A stretch of DNA of 64,000 nt, from positions 8,365-72,364 of IMG/VR virus record IMGVR_UViG_3300049052_000033, one strand, 5' to 3'. Source of the DNA: a virus. Its lineage: Duplodnaviria; Caudoviricetes. The position numbers were made by a program, and so were the translations under genes. The notes beneath the pieces were generated by a model. The model had not been told where the DNA came from. It saw only the letters and a list, made by a program, of their open reading frames with translations, and did no database searches. Shown one piece after another: positions 10,511 through 20,178 of the stretch (its first letter is position 1; each line of letters begins with the position of its first letter).

Positions 10511-11077
10511 ATGGAGTACAGCCAGGCCAGAGGCCTGATCGCCACCGGCGATTTAATTGCCGTGCGCACCGCGAGCGGGCTACTGGGACGAGCCACCCAG
10601 TTTTTCACGCGCGGCCCCTACACCCACACCGGGCTGGCCCTCTGGCTATGTGGGCGCCTATTTATGACGGAGATTAACGGCGGCCGCAATCACCTGGTGC
10701 CGCTGTCGCAGCTCAACGCGGTTGACTTCGACGTTTATGCACACCCGCCGGAGCTAGACCCGGCAGCCCTGGACGCGGCCATCCACGAATGGCTGGCGGC
10801 AAGGGTCGATTACGGCTACCTCGCGTTCGTCGCCATCGGCCTGTTGGAGTGGCTGCGCCTCAAGCTGACCGTCCCTTGGCGCAAGATCCTGGTGTGCTCC
10901 GGTTACTGCGTGGCGAACTGGGAAAGTGCCGGTTGGCACGCGACCTGTAGCCGGGTCGTTTCTCCAACCAAGCTGGCGGCGCAAGTCCGGCGCAAGTTCA
11001 CCGTGCAGGCGTCGCCGCTTGGCCCGCCAGGCGCAGGCCTAGCCGGCGGAACATCCCCGCCACCAGCCACCGTATAA
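10511..11077 (+). CDS. Permuted NlpC/P60 (YiiX/YebB-like) papain-fold protein
   Basis: GDLI...YTHTG (His first) ... YGY ... LVCSGYC (Cys last); AAGGAG RBS. Confidence 0.75.
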   Translation: MEYSQARGLIATGDLIAVRTASGLLGRATQFFTRGPYTHTGLALWLCGRLFMTEINGGRNHLVPLSQLNAVDFDVYAHPPELDPAALDAAIHEWLAARVDYGYLAFVAIGLLEWLRLKLTVPWRKILVCSGYCVANWESAGWHATCSRVVSPTKLAAQVRRKFTVQASPLGPPGAGLAGGTSPPPATV

Positions 11078-11086
11078 CCCCACCCG

Positions 11087-11108
11087 GCCCGCCTCGTGCG
11101 GGCTTTTT
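11087..11108 (+). terminator. Rho-independent terminator
   Basis: GCCCGC-CTCGT-GCGGGC-TTTTT. Confidence 0.75.
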
Positions 11109-11125
11109 CTTTCCAGGAGCCATGT

Positions 11126-11554
11126 ATGGCAGTCGAAACCGCGGGCGCAACGGGCGCCCTTTTGAAAATCGCCGGCGTACCTATCGTCACCAGCGCCGCC
11201 GCCACCGCCCTGGGCTTCATGTTCATGTGGCCTAAAACACGCAGGGAAGCCTATTTCCGCATGGCCACCACCATCATTGTGTCTACGTTTGTCGGTCCAT
11301 TGCTGGTCATTGCCCTGCGCTCCGCAGTGCCAAGCCTGTTCGTGGCCGCGCGCGACGGCGCCCTGCTGTACGGACTAGATCCGGCGGTCGGATTCCTGTT
11401 GATTGCGGCGCCCGTCATGGTGTTCGCCGGTCTGCCGGCCTGGTGGATTGTGGGCGCTCTGGTGCGCTGGCTCGATAAGCGCAAGGACAAGGATATCGGC
11501 GAGCTGGCAGCCGACGCCAAGCAGACCATCCAGCAGCTGCGGGGCGCCGCATGA
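11126..11554 (+). CDS. Putative holin
   Basis: About three hydrophobic segments, charged C-terminus, directly before endolysin; GGAG RBS. Confidence 0.7.
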   Translation: MAVETAGATGALLKIAGVPIVTSAAATALGFMFMWPKTRREAYFRMATTIIVSTFVGPLLVIALRSAVPSLFVAARDGALLYGLDPAVGFLLIAAPVMVFAGLPAWWIVGALVRWLDKRKDKDIGELAADAKQTIQQLRGAA

Positions 11555-12099
11555 ACTTGGACCAGTTAGCTGCCATCTTCCCGCGTGCCGGCAAACGTGC
11601 AGCGGTATTCCTGCCATGGCTCAACGCCGCCATGGCGGAATTTGACATCAGCACGCCCGCGCGGCAAGCCGCTTTCCTGGCTCAGGTCGGGCACGAGTCC
11701 GGGCAACTGCAATGGGTCCAGGAGCTGGCCAGCGGAGCCGCCTACGACACCGGCCCGATCGCGGCCCGTTTGGGCAATACGCCCGAAGCCGACGGCGACG
11801 GCCAGCGCTGGAAGGGACACGGCTTGATCCAAGTCACCGGCGCCGCCAACCACCGCGCCTGCGCTGCCTACTTCAAGATCCCGGAAGGCCAGATTGTCGC
11901 CTGGCTGCTGACGCCGGAAGGCGCCTGCCGCTCAGCCGGCTGGTTCTGGCACACCAAACGCCTGAATGCGCTGGCCGATGCCGGCGACCAGATCGGCATC
12001 ACCCGCCGTATCAACGGCGGCACCAACGGACTGGCCGAACGGCTGGACCTCTACCGGCAAGCGGCCCGCGTATTGGGCGCCCCTGCCATCCCTCGATAA
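11551..12099 (+). CDS. Endolysin, glycoside hydrolase family 19
   Basis: AAFLAQVGHESG, GxGLIQVTG..N, ITRRINGGTNGLAER motifs. Confidence 0.92.
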   Translation: MNLDQLAAIFPRAGKRAAVFLPWLNAAMAEFDISTPARQAAFLAQVGHESGQLQWVQELASGAAYDTGPIAARLGNTPEADGDGQRWKGHGLIQVTGAANHRACAAYFKIPEGQIVAWLLTPEGACRSAGWFWHTKRLNALADAGDQIGITRRINGGTNGLAERLDLYRQAARVLGAPAIPR

Positions 12100-12111
12100 C
12101 GGAAAGCTCCT

Positions 12112-12663
12112 ATGATTTCGACACTTTGCAAGCTGGTCGTTCCAGCCTGGGCCCGCGCGGCCATGCTCGTTGCCGCCGGCGTCGCCCTCCTGGGCATCGG
12201 CTGGATCCAGGGCGAGCGCTCCGCCGGTGAAGCGCACCTGGCCTACGTCAGCGCCCAAGCCACGCGCACCGTGGCGATTGCCCGCGCGCAGGCCAAGGTC
12301 GTGCAACAGGTCGAAGTCCGCTACCAGGAGCGCATCCGCACCATTTACCTGCACGGAGAAACGATTGAAACCCACATCCCGCAACTGGTCACGCCTGCCG
12401 ACGTGGAGCGCTTTGGCGTGCACGTTGGCTTTGTCCGCCTGTTCGACGCCGCCTGGTCAGGTGACGCTCCCGGACCCTCCGAAGATGCTGACCGCGAACC
12501 CGCCGCCGTTTCGCTTGCTGACGTCGCACAAGTCGAAGCCGAAAACGCCACCACTTGCCGCGCCTGGCGCGAGCAAGCCCTGGGCTGGCGCGACTTCTAC
12601 GACGAATTGAAGCGGGCTACCGACGGCGGCAGGACAGGGGAGGGCACAGCATGGCAAAACTGA
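12112..12663 (+). CDS. Rz: Inner-membrane spanin (Rz-like)
   Basis: N-terminal TM anchor, coiled coil, follows endolysin. Confidence 0.75.
   Translation: MISTLCKLVVPAWARAAMLVAAGVALLGIGWIQGERSAGEAHLAYVSAQATRTVAIARAQAKVVQQVEVRYQERIRTIYLHGETIETHIPQLVTPADVERFGVHVGFVRLFDAAWSGDAPGPSEDADREPAAVSLADVAQVEAENATTCRAWREQALGWRDFYDELKRATDGGRTGEGTAWQN
12365..12610 (+). CDS. Rz1: Outer-membrane spanin lipoprotein embedded in Rz
   Basis: GGAG RBS, TTG start at 12365 in an alternate frame; signal peptide ending LALSA-C, Pro-rich mature region. Confidence 0.75.
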   Translation: MKPTSRNWSRLPTWSALACTLALSACSTPPGQVTLPDPPKMLTANPPPFRLLTSHKSKPKTPPLAAPGASKPWAGATSTTN

Positions 12664-14414
12664 GCCTGAACGGCTTTTCTGGCCTGCTGCCGCGCGTGCC
12701 GGAATCCAAGCTGCCCCTGGGTGGTGCCCTGGCGGCGGAGAACATCGACTTTTCGGGCGGCCAGTTGCAATCGTTAAAGGGCGATTTTGCCCTGCGCCAG
12801 CTGCCGCATGCGGCACGCTCGGTGTTTTCCGAGAACGGCCTCCAGTTTTACACTTGGACGGAAGACGTCAATGCGGTTCCCAGTCCCCTGCAGGCAGGCG
12901 ACGCCAGCGATTTGCTGTACTACACCACGCCGACCGACTTCCGCGTCACGCGCCTGTCGCTGGCCACCGAGAGCGGCGGCGTGCCGGCAACCAGCTGGCG
13001 CGTGGGGGTGCCGAAACCGACCCGGGCGCCGATCGTGACCGTTGTCCACCCAGCGCTGCCGGCCAAGCCAGTGGCCACCGTGGACCCCGAACCGGTCGAT
13101 ACCTACGCCACGCGCCTGGCATCGGCGCAGGCCGCGGCAGAAGCGACCCAGACCGCCGGCACCAAAACCAGCACCGAAACACGCGTCTACACCTACACCT
13201 ACCGCAATGTCTTCAATGAAGAGGGGCCACCAAGCCCGAGCGCGACGGTGGATGTCAAAGCCGTGACGCTGAACGGTGTCACCACCTACAGCAAGGTGAC
13301 GGTGCAGGTACCATTTGACGAGCTGCCGGACTATGTGGCGATCAAGAGTGCGGGGCTATACCGCACGGCCGACGGCGCCACGGCGGCCGAGTTCTACTAC
13401 GCCATGACGGTACCGGTCGCGCCGGGCCAGGCGACCGTGGAAGACGCAGTGAAGGGCGCAGCGCTCAACGAGCCTCTGTCGAGCAACTTCTTCTACCCGC
13501 CCGACCCGCTGCTGCAAGGCTTGATCCACCTTGGCAACGGCATCCTGGCGGCCTGGAAAGGCAAGCAGCTGTGGCTGTCCGAGGCCTACAAGCCGTGGGC
13601 CTGGAATCCAGCCAACATGCAAACGTTCGCGCACCCGATTGTCGGCGCCATTCGCTACGGCTCTGGTGCGCTGGTGACGACGGTCGGCGAACCCGTCATC
13701 GTGTCCGGCTTGAGCCCGGACGGTATGGCGCAAGTATCCCTCGAGGTGCCGCAGGCGGGCGTGTCGAAATGGTCGCTGTTGGCCCTGGACGGCCTGGCGG
13801 TGTACGCCAGCCATGACGGCCTGATCGTGCTGAACGGCGGACAGCAAGACATGCGCGTCACCAAGCGCTACTTCACGCGCAAGGTCTGGCGCAAGCGCTA
13901 TGCCGCAGGGCTGGCCAGCATGCAGTTTGCCTACTACGACGGCAGGCTGATCGTGTTTTCCCGCGCCAACGCCTTTGTACCGTTCATGTTGGAACTGGAC
14001 GAGGCTGGCGCCATGACCGAACTGCCAGGACTGCGCGCCCAGGCGGCCACCGTGCTGGTGACGTCGGACCAGCTGTACACAGTCGATGGCACGACGCTCA
14101 ACCAGTTTGCCGGAGGCGCCGATCTGCCGCTGCATTGGGCCAGCGACAAGTTGGTATTGCCTTCCCCGGTCATGCTGGCAGTGGCCAAGGCCGAGTGTGA
14201 AGGCAATTTCACGATCCGCTTTTACCAGGATGGCGTACTGGGGTTTACCCAGGCGGTGTCCACCGGTGCCACCGTCTTCCGCTTGCCAAGCCAGCCCATC
14301 CCCGGCCATGCGGGGTTGGCGTGCAGCGATCGCTGGGAAATTGATATCGCCGGTACCGGCACCTTCAAACGGCTCAAGGCCGCATCTTCGACGCAGGAAT
14401 TGAAAGAGAGTTAG
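12651..14414 (+). CDS. Tail nozzle / tail tubular protein B-like (beta-rich)
   Basis: 587 aa, GGAGG RBS; FSGLLPR..., LWLSEAYKPWAW motifs seen in podovirus stabilisation proteins. Confidence 0.65.
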   Translation: MAKLSLNGFSGLLPRVPESKLPLGGALAAENIDFSGGQLQSLKGDFALRQLPHAARSVFSENGLQFYTWTEDVNAVPSPLQAGDASDLLYYTTPTDFRVTRLSLATESGGVPATSWRVGVPKPTRAPIVTVVHPALPAKPVATVDPEPVDTYATRLASAQAAAEATQTAGTKTSTETRVYTYTYRNVFNEEGPPSPSATVDVKAVTLNGVTTYSKVTVQVPFDELPDYVAIKSAGLYRTADGATAAEFYYAMTVPVAPGQATVEDAVKGAALNEPLSSNFFYPPDPLLQGLIHLGNGILAAWKGKQLWLSEAYKPWAWNPANMQTFAHPIVGAIRYGSGALVTTVGEPVIVSGLSPDGMAQVSLEVPQAGVSKWSLLALDGLAVYASHDGLIVLNGGQQDMRVTKRYFTRKVWRKRYAAGLASMQFAYYDGRLIVFSRANAFVPFMLELDEAGAMTELPGLRAQAATVLVTSDQLYTVDGTTLNQFAGGADLPLHWASDKLVLPSPVMLAVAKAECEGNFTIRFYQDGVLGFTQAVSTGATVFRLPSQPIPGHAGLACSDRWEIDIAGTGTFKRLKAASSTQELKES

Positions 14415-14418
14415 CAGC

Positions 14419-15975
14419 ATGTCCACCGTCAACGCACTTTCGCACGCAGCCATCCGGGCAGTGCAGGACCCACAAGCACGCCTGTTGTTCCAGCAGCTGT
14501 CCGACATGGCCGCGGTGCGCAACGGCGACGTCGGCAACGGTGACCAAGCGTTCGTGACACTGGGCGACCTGACCAACAACCCAGACAGGGCGGCCAGCGT
14601 CGCGCGGGCCATGGCCAAGGCCCTGGCCGACGGCGTCAGTGCGCCGGGTTCGGCCATGCAGCAATTGGCCGACCAGTTGCAGGAGCGCATCCTCGGCAGC
14701 GCGGCCTGGCAACAGCTGTTTGCCCCTGTCGCGCTGCTCACTGCCCCGGATACCACGGCCGGCAGCGCCGCTTATGCGCTGTTACAGGAAGGGAAGGCAC
14801 GCGGTGCCGCCATCAAGGTGGTTAGCGAAGCAGTCAAGACCGCCAACGAGAACATTGCGCGGGTGAGCCAGCAGCTTGTGGCAGGCCTGGCAGATAGTGC
14901 GGCAGCGGTCCAGCAGGAAGCCCAGGCGCGCGCCTCGGCTGACAGTGCCACCGCCAGTACGCTCAGCACCCTTACCACGCAGACCAACAGCAATACAGCA
15001 GGCATCACGAGCGAGGAAAGCGCGCGCACGAACAGCGACAACGCCCTGGTCAACGCGATCAACACGCTGTGGGGGAAGGTCGGCACCAATACCGCCCTGG
15101 TCTCGGGCGGCAGTAACGTGGTGGTGAACAACGTCGGCGGCGCGGCAACCAAATTCGACCAGTTGCAAGCCACCGTCACCGATCCGAGCACCGGACTGGT
15201 CACGAAATACGCCACCGTGCGCAATGACCTGAGCGTTACCAACGACACGGTCAAGGGCATCTCCGGCAAATGGGGCATGAAGCTGGACCTGAACGGCTAC
15301 ATCAGCGGTCTGCTGCTCAATGCTGGGGTAACGCCGGACGGCAAGAGTGAATCGGCCTTCATGATCCTGGCGGACATGTTCGCTGTCGGCGCGCCTGGCA
15401 AGCCCAATATCGTCCCCTTCGCCATCGATGCCCAAACCGGGCTGGTGGCAATCCGTGGTGACCTGGTGGTCAAGCGCTCCATCACCGCTGACAGCATCGC
15501 TGCCAACACGATTACGGCCGAGAGCGCCGTCATCGGCACGGCCGCGATCACGACTGCCAATATCCGAGACGCGGCCGTCGATACCTTGAAGATCCAAGGC
15601 AACTCGGTCACCGTCATGTCGTCGGCCAAGGGCACCGGCAGCGCGTCGATCACGCTCAACGCCCAAGGCGGCGGCGTCCCTGTGTTCCTGACATGCTCCG
15701 CGCAGGGAGGGTACTCGGTGCGCGGCACGCCGATCAATGGGCGAGTGCGGCTACGGATCAAGCGCGACGGATTGCAGATCTACGAAACGTTCACCCAGGC
15801 CTACGCGCCATCGGGTCAGGACCTGTACATCTGCACCACGGGCGTGCATGTCGACGTGCCGGCTGGCGGGGTGCGCACTTATACCTTTGAAGTCGTCTGC
15901 GACAACGACCCCGAAACGGGGTATGCAGGCTACCCGGTTTCGGTGAGCGCTGCATTACTGGAGACTAAACGATGA
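14419..15975 (+). CDS. Tail tip/fibre protein with DUF1983 (J-like C-terminal) region
   Basis: Coiled coil then KWGMKLDLNGYISG...SAFMILADMFAV...PFAIDA, and ITTANIRDAAVDTLKIQGNSVT repeat. Confidence 0.75.
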   Translation: MSTVNALSHAAIRAVQDPQARLLFQQLSDMAAVRNGDVGNGDQAFVTLGDLTNNPDRAASVARAMAKALADGVSAPGSAMQQLADQLQERILGSAAWQQLFAPVALLTAPDTTAGSAAYALLQEGKARGAAIKVVSEAVKTANENIARVSQQLVAGLADSAAAVQQEAQARASADSATASTLSTLTTQTNSNTAGITSEESARTNSDNALVNAINTLWGKVGTNTALVSGGSNVVVNNVGGAATKFDQLQATVTDPSTGLVTKYATVRNDLSVTNDTVKGISGKWGMKLDLNGYISGLLLNAGVTPDGKSESAFMILADMFAVGAPGKPNIVPFAIDAQTGLVAIRGDLVVKRSITADSIAANTITAESAVIGTAAITTANIRDAAVDTLKIQGNSVTVMSSAKGTGSASITLNAQGGGVPVFLTCSAQGGYSVRGTPINGRVRLRIKRDGLQIYETFTQAYAPSGQDLYICTTGVHVDVPAGGVRTYTFEVVCDNDPETGYAGYPVSVSAALLETKR

Positions 15976-16325
15976 TTGACTACGCGCTGTACGACAACGA
16001 TGGCCGGATCATGCAAACCGGCACCTGCCCGGAGTCCATGGTGACCTTGCAGAAGGCATCCGGCTACCAGGTGGCCACCGGTCCCGCCACCCTCGATCGC
16101 CACTATGTCCGCGCTGGCGAAATCGCCGAGCGTCCGGCATGCCCGGCCGTGCTGCGCGGCCAGTTGCTGGAGCAGCTGCCGGTCCCTTGTGACATTGTCA
16201 TTAACACCACATCCTACCGGTGCGAAGACGCCAGCGCGCAGCTGAACTTCTCCCACCCAGGGACGTACCAGGTGCGCGTGGTGGCCTTTCCTTACCTTGA
16301 CGCCAATTTTGCAATCACCGTATGA
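15972..16325 (+). CDS. Hypothetical tail-associated protein
   Basis: ATGA overlap with previous gene. Confidence 0.65.
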   Translation: MIDYALYDNDGRIMQTGTCPESMVTLQKASGYQVATGPATLDRHYVRAGEIAERPACPAVLRGQLLEQLPVPCDIVINTTSYRCEDASAQLNFSHPGTYQVRVVAFPYLDANFAITV

Positions 16326-16513
16326 CCACGATCATCCAGCACACCGAAGACTACGCCGCGCTTCGCGCCACCGCCTATCCGCCTCTGGCCGACTTCGCCG
16401 ACGCCATGTACTGGGCGGCGAAGGGCGACACCACCAAACTTGAGGCCTACCACGCACGGGTGGAAGCCATCAAACAGCGCTTTCCCAAACCGCCCGCGGC
16501 CGCCCCGGACTAA
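16322..16513 (+). CDS. Small hypothetical protein (63 aa)
   Basis: ATGA overlap; stop codon forms start of promoter motif. Confidence 0.65.
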   Translation: MTTIIQHTEDYAALRATAYPPLADFADAMYWAAKGDTTKLEAYHARVEAIKQRFPKPPAAAPD

Positions 16514-16545
16514 ATCCCAAGTTTTTCGGGATCCACTCCTATCAT
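16511..16545 (+). promoter_or_regulatory. Conserved phage promoter copy 1 (TAAATCCCAAGTTTT-N14-TATCAT)
   Basis: 15-mer repeated six times in window, each 14 nt before a -10-like hexamer. Confidence 0.7.
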
Positions 16546-16591
16546 CGCTCGCGAACGCAGGCCGTCGCCTGCACCGAACCGAAGGGACCCC

Positions 16592-17161
16592 ATGAAGAAC
16601 TTTCTGCGCATCGCCGAGGGCGTTGACATTATTCCACTGCTGCTGGCGATCAAGCGCCAACCCGAAATGTGGCGCGAAGACACGTACTTGCGCAGCTATC
16701 CGCAGGGGCCTTTCGGGGAAGTGGAATCCATCATGCTGCGCTTCCCCGAGCGTACCGTACACGAAACCGAAGAACTGATGCGCCAGCACCTGGCCGTGAC
16801 GGACCAGCACGAAAGCATCGACTACCCACCATATAAACGCCTGCCGGAAGCGCGCGCGCTGATCATGCAACTGATGACCCGCGTGGCCGGCGAGCGCCTG
16901 GGGCGCTGCATGATCAACAAGATCGCCCCGGGCGGCCGTATCTTCCCGCACGCCGACACCCCGGCGCATGCCGAGTACTACGACCGCTTCCACCTGGTAC
17001 TGGAATCGAACCCACAGTCGAGCTTCCGCGCCGGCGACGAGGTGGTCAACATGGCCGTCGGCGAAGTCTGGTGGTTCGACAACAGCATCGAGCACGAAGT
17101 GGTGAACCACGGCGATTGCGATCGCATCCATTTAGTCATTGATATCCGAACATCGAAATGA
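16592..17161 (+). CDS. Aspartyl/asparaginyl beta-hydroxylase-family 2OG-Fe(II) oxygenase
   Basis: IFPHAD (HxD), RFHLVL, WWFDN...HEVVN...RIHLVID. Confidence 0.85.
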   Translation: MKNFLRIAEGVDIIPLLLAIKRQPEMWREDTYLRSYPQGPFGEVESIMLRFPERTVHETEELMRQHLAVTDQHESIDYPPYKRLPEARALIMQLMTRVAGERLGRCMINKIAPGGRIFPHADTPAHAEYYDRFHLVLESNPQSSFRAGDEVVNMAVGEVWWFDNSIEHEVVNHGDCDRIHLVIDIRTSK

Positions 17162-17679
17162 ACACCATCACCTACCAGGTGGAGCGCTGGGCGGCGTTTG
17201 CCGCCGACGCGCAGGACCTGTTCCGCCAGCACTGGCTGGAAATCGCCTTGGGCCACGCCAAGGTGCCGCTGGACGTCGCCCATGACCGATACCAGGCCAT
17301 GTGCGATCAGGACGTGTTGCACATCGTGACCGTGCGCGACAACGGCCGGCTGGTCGGCTACCACGTGGCAATTGTCAGCGGCCACCTGCACTACGCCAGC
17401 ACGCTGCATGGCATCACCGACGTGTACTACCTGCTGCCGAAGTACCGCCGCGGCCGCACAGGTATCCGCCTGTTCCAGCGCGTCGAGGCGGAAATGCGGG
17501 CGCTGGGCGTGGAAAAGCTGTTCACCGGCGTGAAGCTGCACACCGCTGACGGCCAGAGCGGGCGCCTGTTTGAGTATCTGGGCTACACGCCGACCGAAAC
17601 CCTGTACACCAAGCTGCTTGGTGACGAGGGCTTCGCCACTCCCCACGAAACCATGTACATCAAGCAGATCGGAGACTGA
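17158..17679 (+). CDS. GNAT-family acetyltransferase-like protein
   Basis: YYLLPKYRRGRTGIRLF acetyl-CoA motif; LFEYLGY. Confidence 0.75.
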   Translation: MNTITYQVERWAAFAADAQDLFRQHWLEIALGHAKVPLDVAHDRYQAMCDQDVLHIVTVRDNGRLVGYHVAIVSGHLHYASTLHGITDVYYLLPKYRRGRTGIRLFQRVEAEMRALGVEKLFTGVKLHTADGQSGRLFEYLGYTPTETLYTKLLGDEGFATPHETMYIKQIGD

Positions 17680-17680
17680 C

Positions 17681-18472
17681 ATGCGCACCAAGCTTCGCGC
17701 CGAATCCAAACACGAACTGCGCCTGAGCGAAGGCAGTCAGTTCTGCCACGTGGCCGCCGCCATGGTGGGCGCCGCGGTGGTGGGCGGCGTCGCGTCCAAC
17801 GCGGCAGCCAAAAAGGGCGCCAAGGCCATGGATCGTGCGACCGACCAGAACGCCTACCAGGGTGAGATCGCCAAAGACCAGTACGAGGACTACAAGGAGA
17901 ATTACCGTCCCCTCGAGCACCAGCTGGTCAAAGAGGCGCAGGACGCCGATTCCGAAGCGGCGCAGGAGAAGGCAGCGAGTGCGGCAGCGGCCACTGTGTC
18001 GAGCCAGATCGGGCTGGCCAAGGAACGGCTGGCGCGCACCCCGGGGCTGGACCCGTCCAGCGCCGCCGCAGCAGCAGCAGCGTCCGACCTGGCGCTGAAA
18101 GGCGCCGCCATGGGGGCCAACGCCCAGAATACGGCGCGGCAGCAGACCAAGGACATGGCCTACGCCAAGAAGATCGACGCCGTATCGTTGGGCAAGGGGC
18201 TGTCGGCCAGTGCCGGTGCCGGTCTGGCCAGCGCTTCCGCCGGCGCCAACGCACTCGCGGCGTCGCAGCAGAGCCTGGCGGGGCAGCAGGCCGCCGGCAT
18301 CGGCCAGATGACCAGTGGCCTGATCAACGCGTTCGGACGGATGGGCCAGACCTCTCCGGGCCTGAGCATGCCGAAGGCCGACTACACCAATACCTTCACC
18401 ACCACCGATACCGGCCTGCCAAGTTCGCCGACCGGGATGGGAAGCGGGGCGCCCGACGTCGGGTACGCCTAA
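17681..18472 (+). CDS. Small internal virion (DNA ejection) protein
   Basis: Ala/Gly-rich, VAAAMVGAAVVGG N-terminal segment; GGAG RBS. Confidence 0.7.
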   Translation: MRTKLRAESKHELRLSEGSQFCHVAAAMVGAAVVGGVASNAAAKKGAKAMDRATDQNAYQGEIAKDQYEDYKENYRPLEHQLVKEAQDADSEAAQEKAASAAAATVSSQIGLAKERLARTPGLDPSSAAAAAAASDLALKGAAMGANAQNTARQQTKDMAYAKKIDAVSLGKGLSASAGAGLASASAGANALAASQQSLAGQQAAGIGQMTSGLINAFGRMGQTSPGLSMPKADYTNTFTTTDTGLPSSPTGMGSGAPDVGYA

Positions 18473-18493
18473 CTGAACAGAAAGGCACCACAG

Positions 18494-20143
18494 ATGGGAA
18501 TCAATGTTGGCGGCATGGCCGCCGCGTATCAAGGCTTCATGGGCGAGCAGCGCCGCTTTGAAGACGACGAGCGCCGCCGGCAGGCGGACGTGCGCGAAAA
18601 GCAGGCCTCCGATTTTGCGGAAGAAGTCCGCAACCGCGACCGCAAGACTTGGAAGGAGCAGGACCGTATCGAAGCCGAGGACAAGGCAGACCTGGCCAGT
18701 GTCAGCGAGAAGTACCGCAAGCAGGCCGAACAGTCTGCCGCCGCCGCCGATGCCGCCAGCGCGGCTTCCGACAACACTGCGAACGCCAGCGCGCCGCCGG
18801 CCGGCGGTCCGCCGCCCGTCGACGCGGCGCTGGACGGTGCAGCGGATGCCGCGCCAGCAGCAACGGCCGCCGCCGCACCTGCCCCGGCCAGACCAGCCGG
18901 GCTCCCCAAAGCGCGCAGTTTCAACGACGTGCTGGGCATGCAGACCGAGCTGCTGCGCAATAAAGCCGCGCGCGGCACCCTGTCAGCAAAGGACTACGCG
19001 CAGGGCATGTCGATGCTGAACGCCATGCGCGACGAAGGCGTCAATGAGGCCCTGAAACGCATCAGTGCCGGCGACTACGAAGGCGGCATGGATGCCTTCA
19101 ATTCGGTCGGGCAGCACGGCAATGCGCGCATCGTCAAAGGTGAGGCGGGCACCACCAAGATCAATGGCCAGGACGTCCCGACGCACAATCTCGTGATTGC
19201 CAATCCGGACGGCTCGCGCACGACCATTGATTCGGCACTGGCGCAATTCCAGCTGATGGACCTGAACACCCAGCTGGCGCACATGGACCGCAGCCGCCAG
19301 ATGAACAGTCAGGAGAAGTACCAGAACGCCAACCTGCAGCTGCAGCGCGACCAGCTCGACCTCAGCGCCAAGAACGCCGCCGCCAGCCAAGCCCTGCAGC
19401 GGGAGCAGCTGGGCCTGCACCGCGAGCAACTGGCCGCCGGCACCCCGCTGGGCCAGATCACGGCCATACAGAAGGCACTGGGCCGCAAGCTCAGCACGGA
19501 CGAAATCGAGAACCGCATGGGGCTGTCCAAGATCCCGCGCGCGGTCGAGCTGCAGGTGCAGTCGCTGCTGAAAGCGGCGGATACTGACAGCACCGCGGTG
19601 GCGAAGGCGATCGCGTCGCCGGAAGGCCTCAACCCGGCCGCATCGGCGCTGTTCTCCAAAAACGCCGCCTTGCGCGAAATCAAGTTGAGTGAGCTGCTGG
19701 CCCCGTACAACGGCAAGGGCGGCGCCACGGTGAGCGCCGATCCACTGGGCCTGCGCGCGCCGGCCCCGGCACCACAACAGCAACCCGCTCCCGTGTTGCG
19801 TGCTCCCGGAGGACTGCAGGCGACCCCGGCTGCCGGGCAAGCGGCACCGCGCGTCCCGACGGTCACCGCGACCGGCATGCCGATCGCCGAGCGCGACCGC
19901 CAGATCGACCTGTGGAACGAACGCGTCGGCGGTGCCAACATGACCCGCAAGGCAGCACTGGACGAGCGCCAAGCCGACGCGCTAGCCAATTTTGACGAGA
20001 ACCTGGCCGCGATCAACCGCAACATGTCCCGCGAAGACCAGCAGCGCGTATTCAGCTGGTTCGACCGCATGGCCGACTCGGGCTTCCTGACCAATGCCCA
20101 ACTGAAACAGGTCCGCGAGGCGCGCCGCGCCGCCGGCGTTTGA
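18494..20143 (+). CDS. Internal virion (DNA ejection) protein
   Basis: 549 aa helical Q/A-rich protein between small and giant ejection proteins. Confidence 0.65.
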   Translation: MGINVGGMAAAYQGFMGEQRRFEDDERRRQADVREKQASDFAEEVRNRDRKTWKEQDRIEAEDKADLASVSEKYRKQAEQSAAAADAASAASDNTANASAPPAGGPPPVDAALDGAADAAPAATAAAAPAPARPAGLPKARSFNDVLGMQTELLRNKAARGTLSAKDYAQGMSMLNAMRDEGVNEALKRISAGDYEGGMDAFNSVGQHGNARIVKGEAGTTKINGQDVPTHNLVIANPDGSRTTIDSALAQFQLMDLNTQLAHMDRSRQMNSQEKYQNANLQLQRDQLDLSAKNAAASQALQREQLGLHREQLAAGTPLGQITAIQKALGRKLSTDEIENRMGLSKIPRAVELQVQSLLKAADTDSTAVAKAIASPEGLNPAASALFSKNAALREIKLSELLAPYNGKGGATVSADPLGLRAPAPAPQQQPAPVLRAPGGLQATPAAGQAAPRVPTVTATGMPIAERDRQIDLWNERVGGANMTRKAALDERQADALANFDENLAAINRNMSREDQQRVFSWFDRMADSGFLTNAQLKQVREARRAAGV

Positions 20144-20178
20144 CCCCTCGCATAGCATAACCAAAGGATTTTCCCTGC

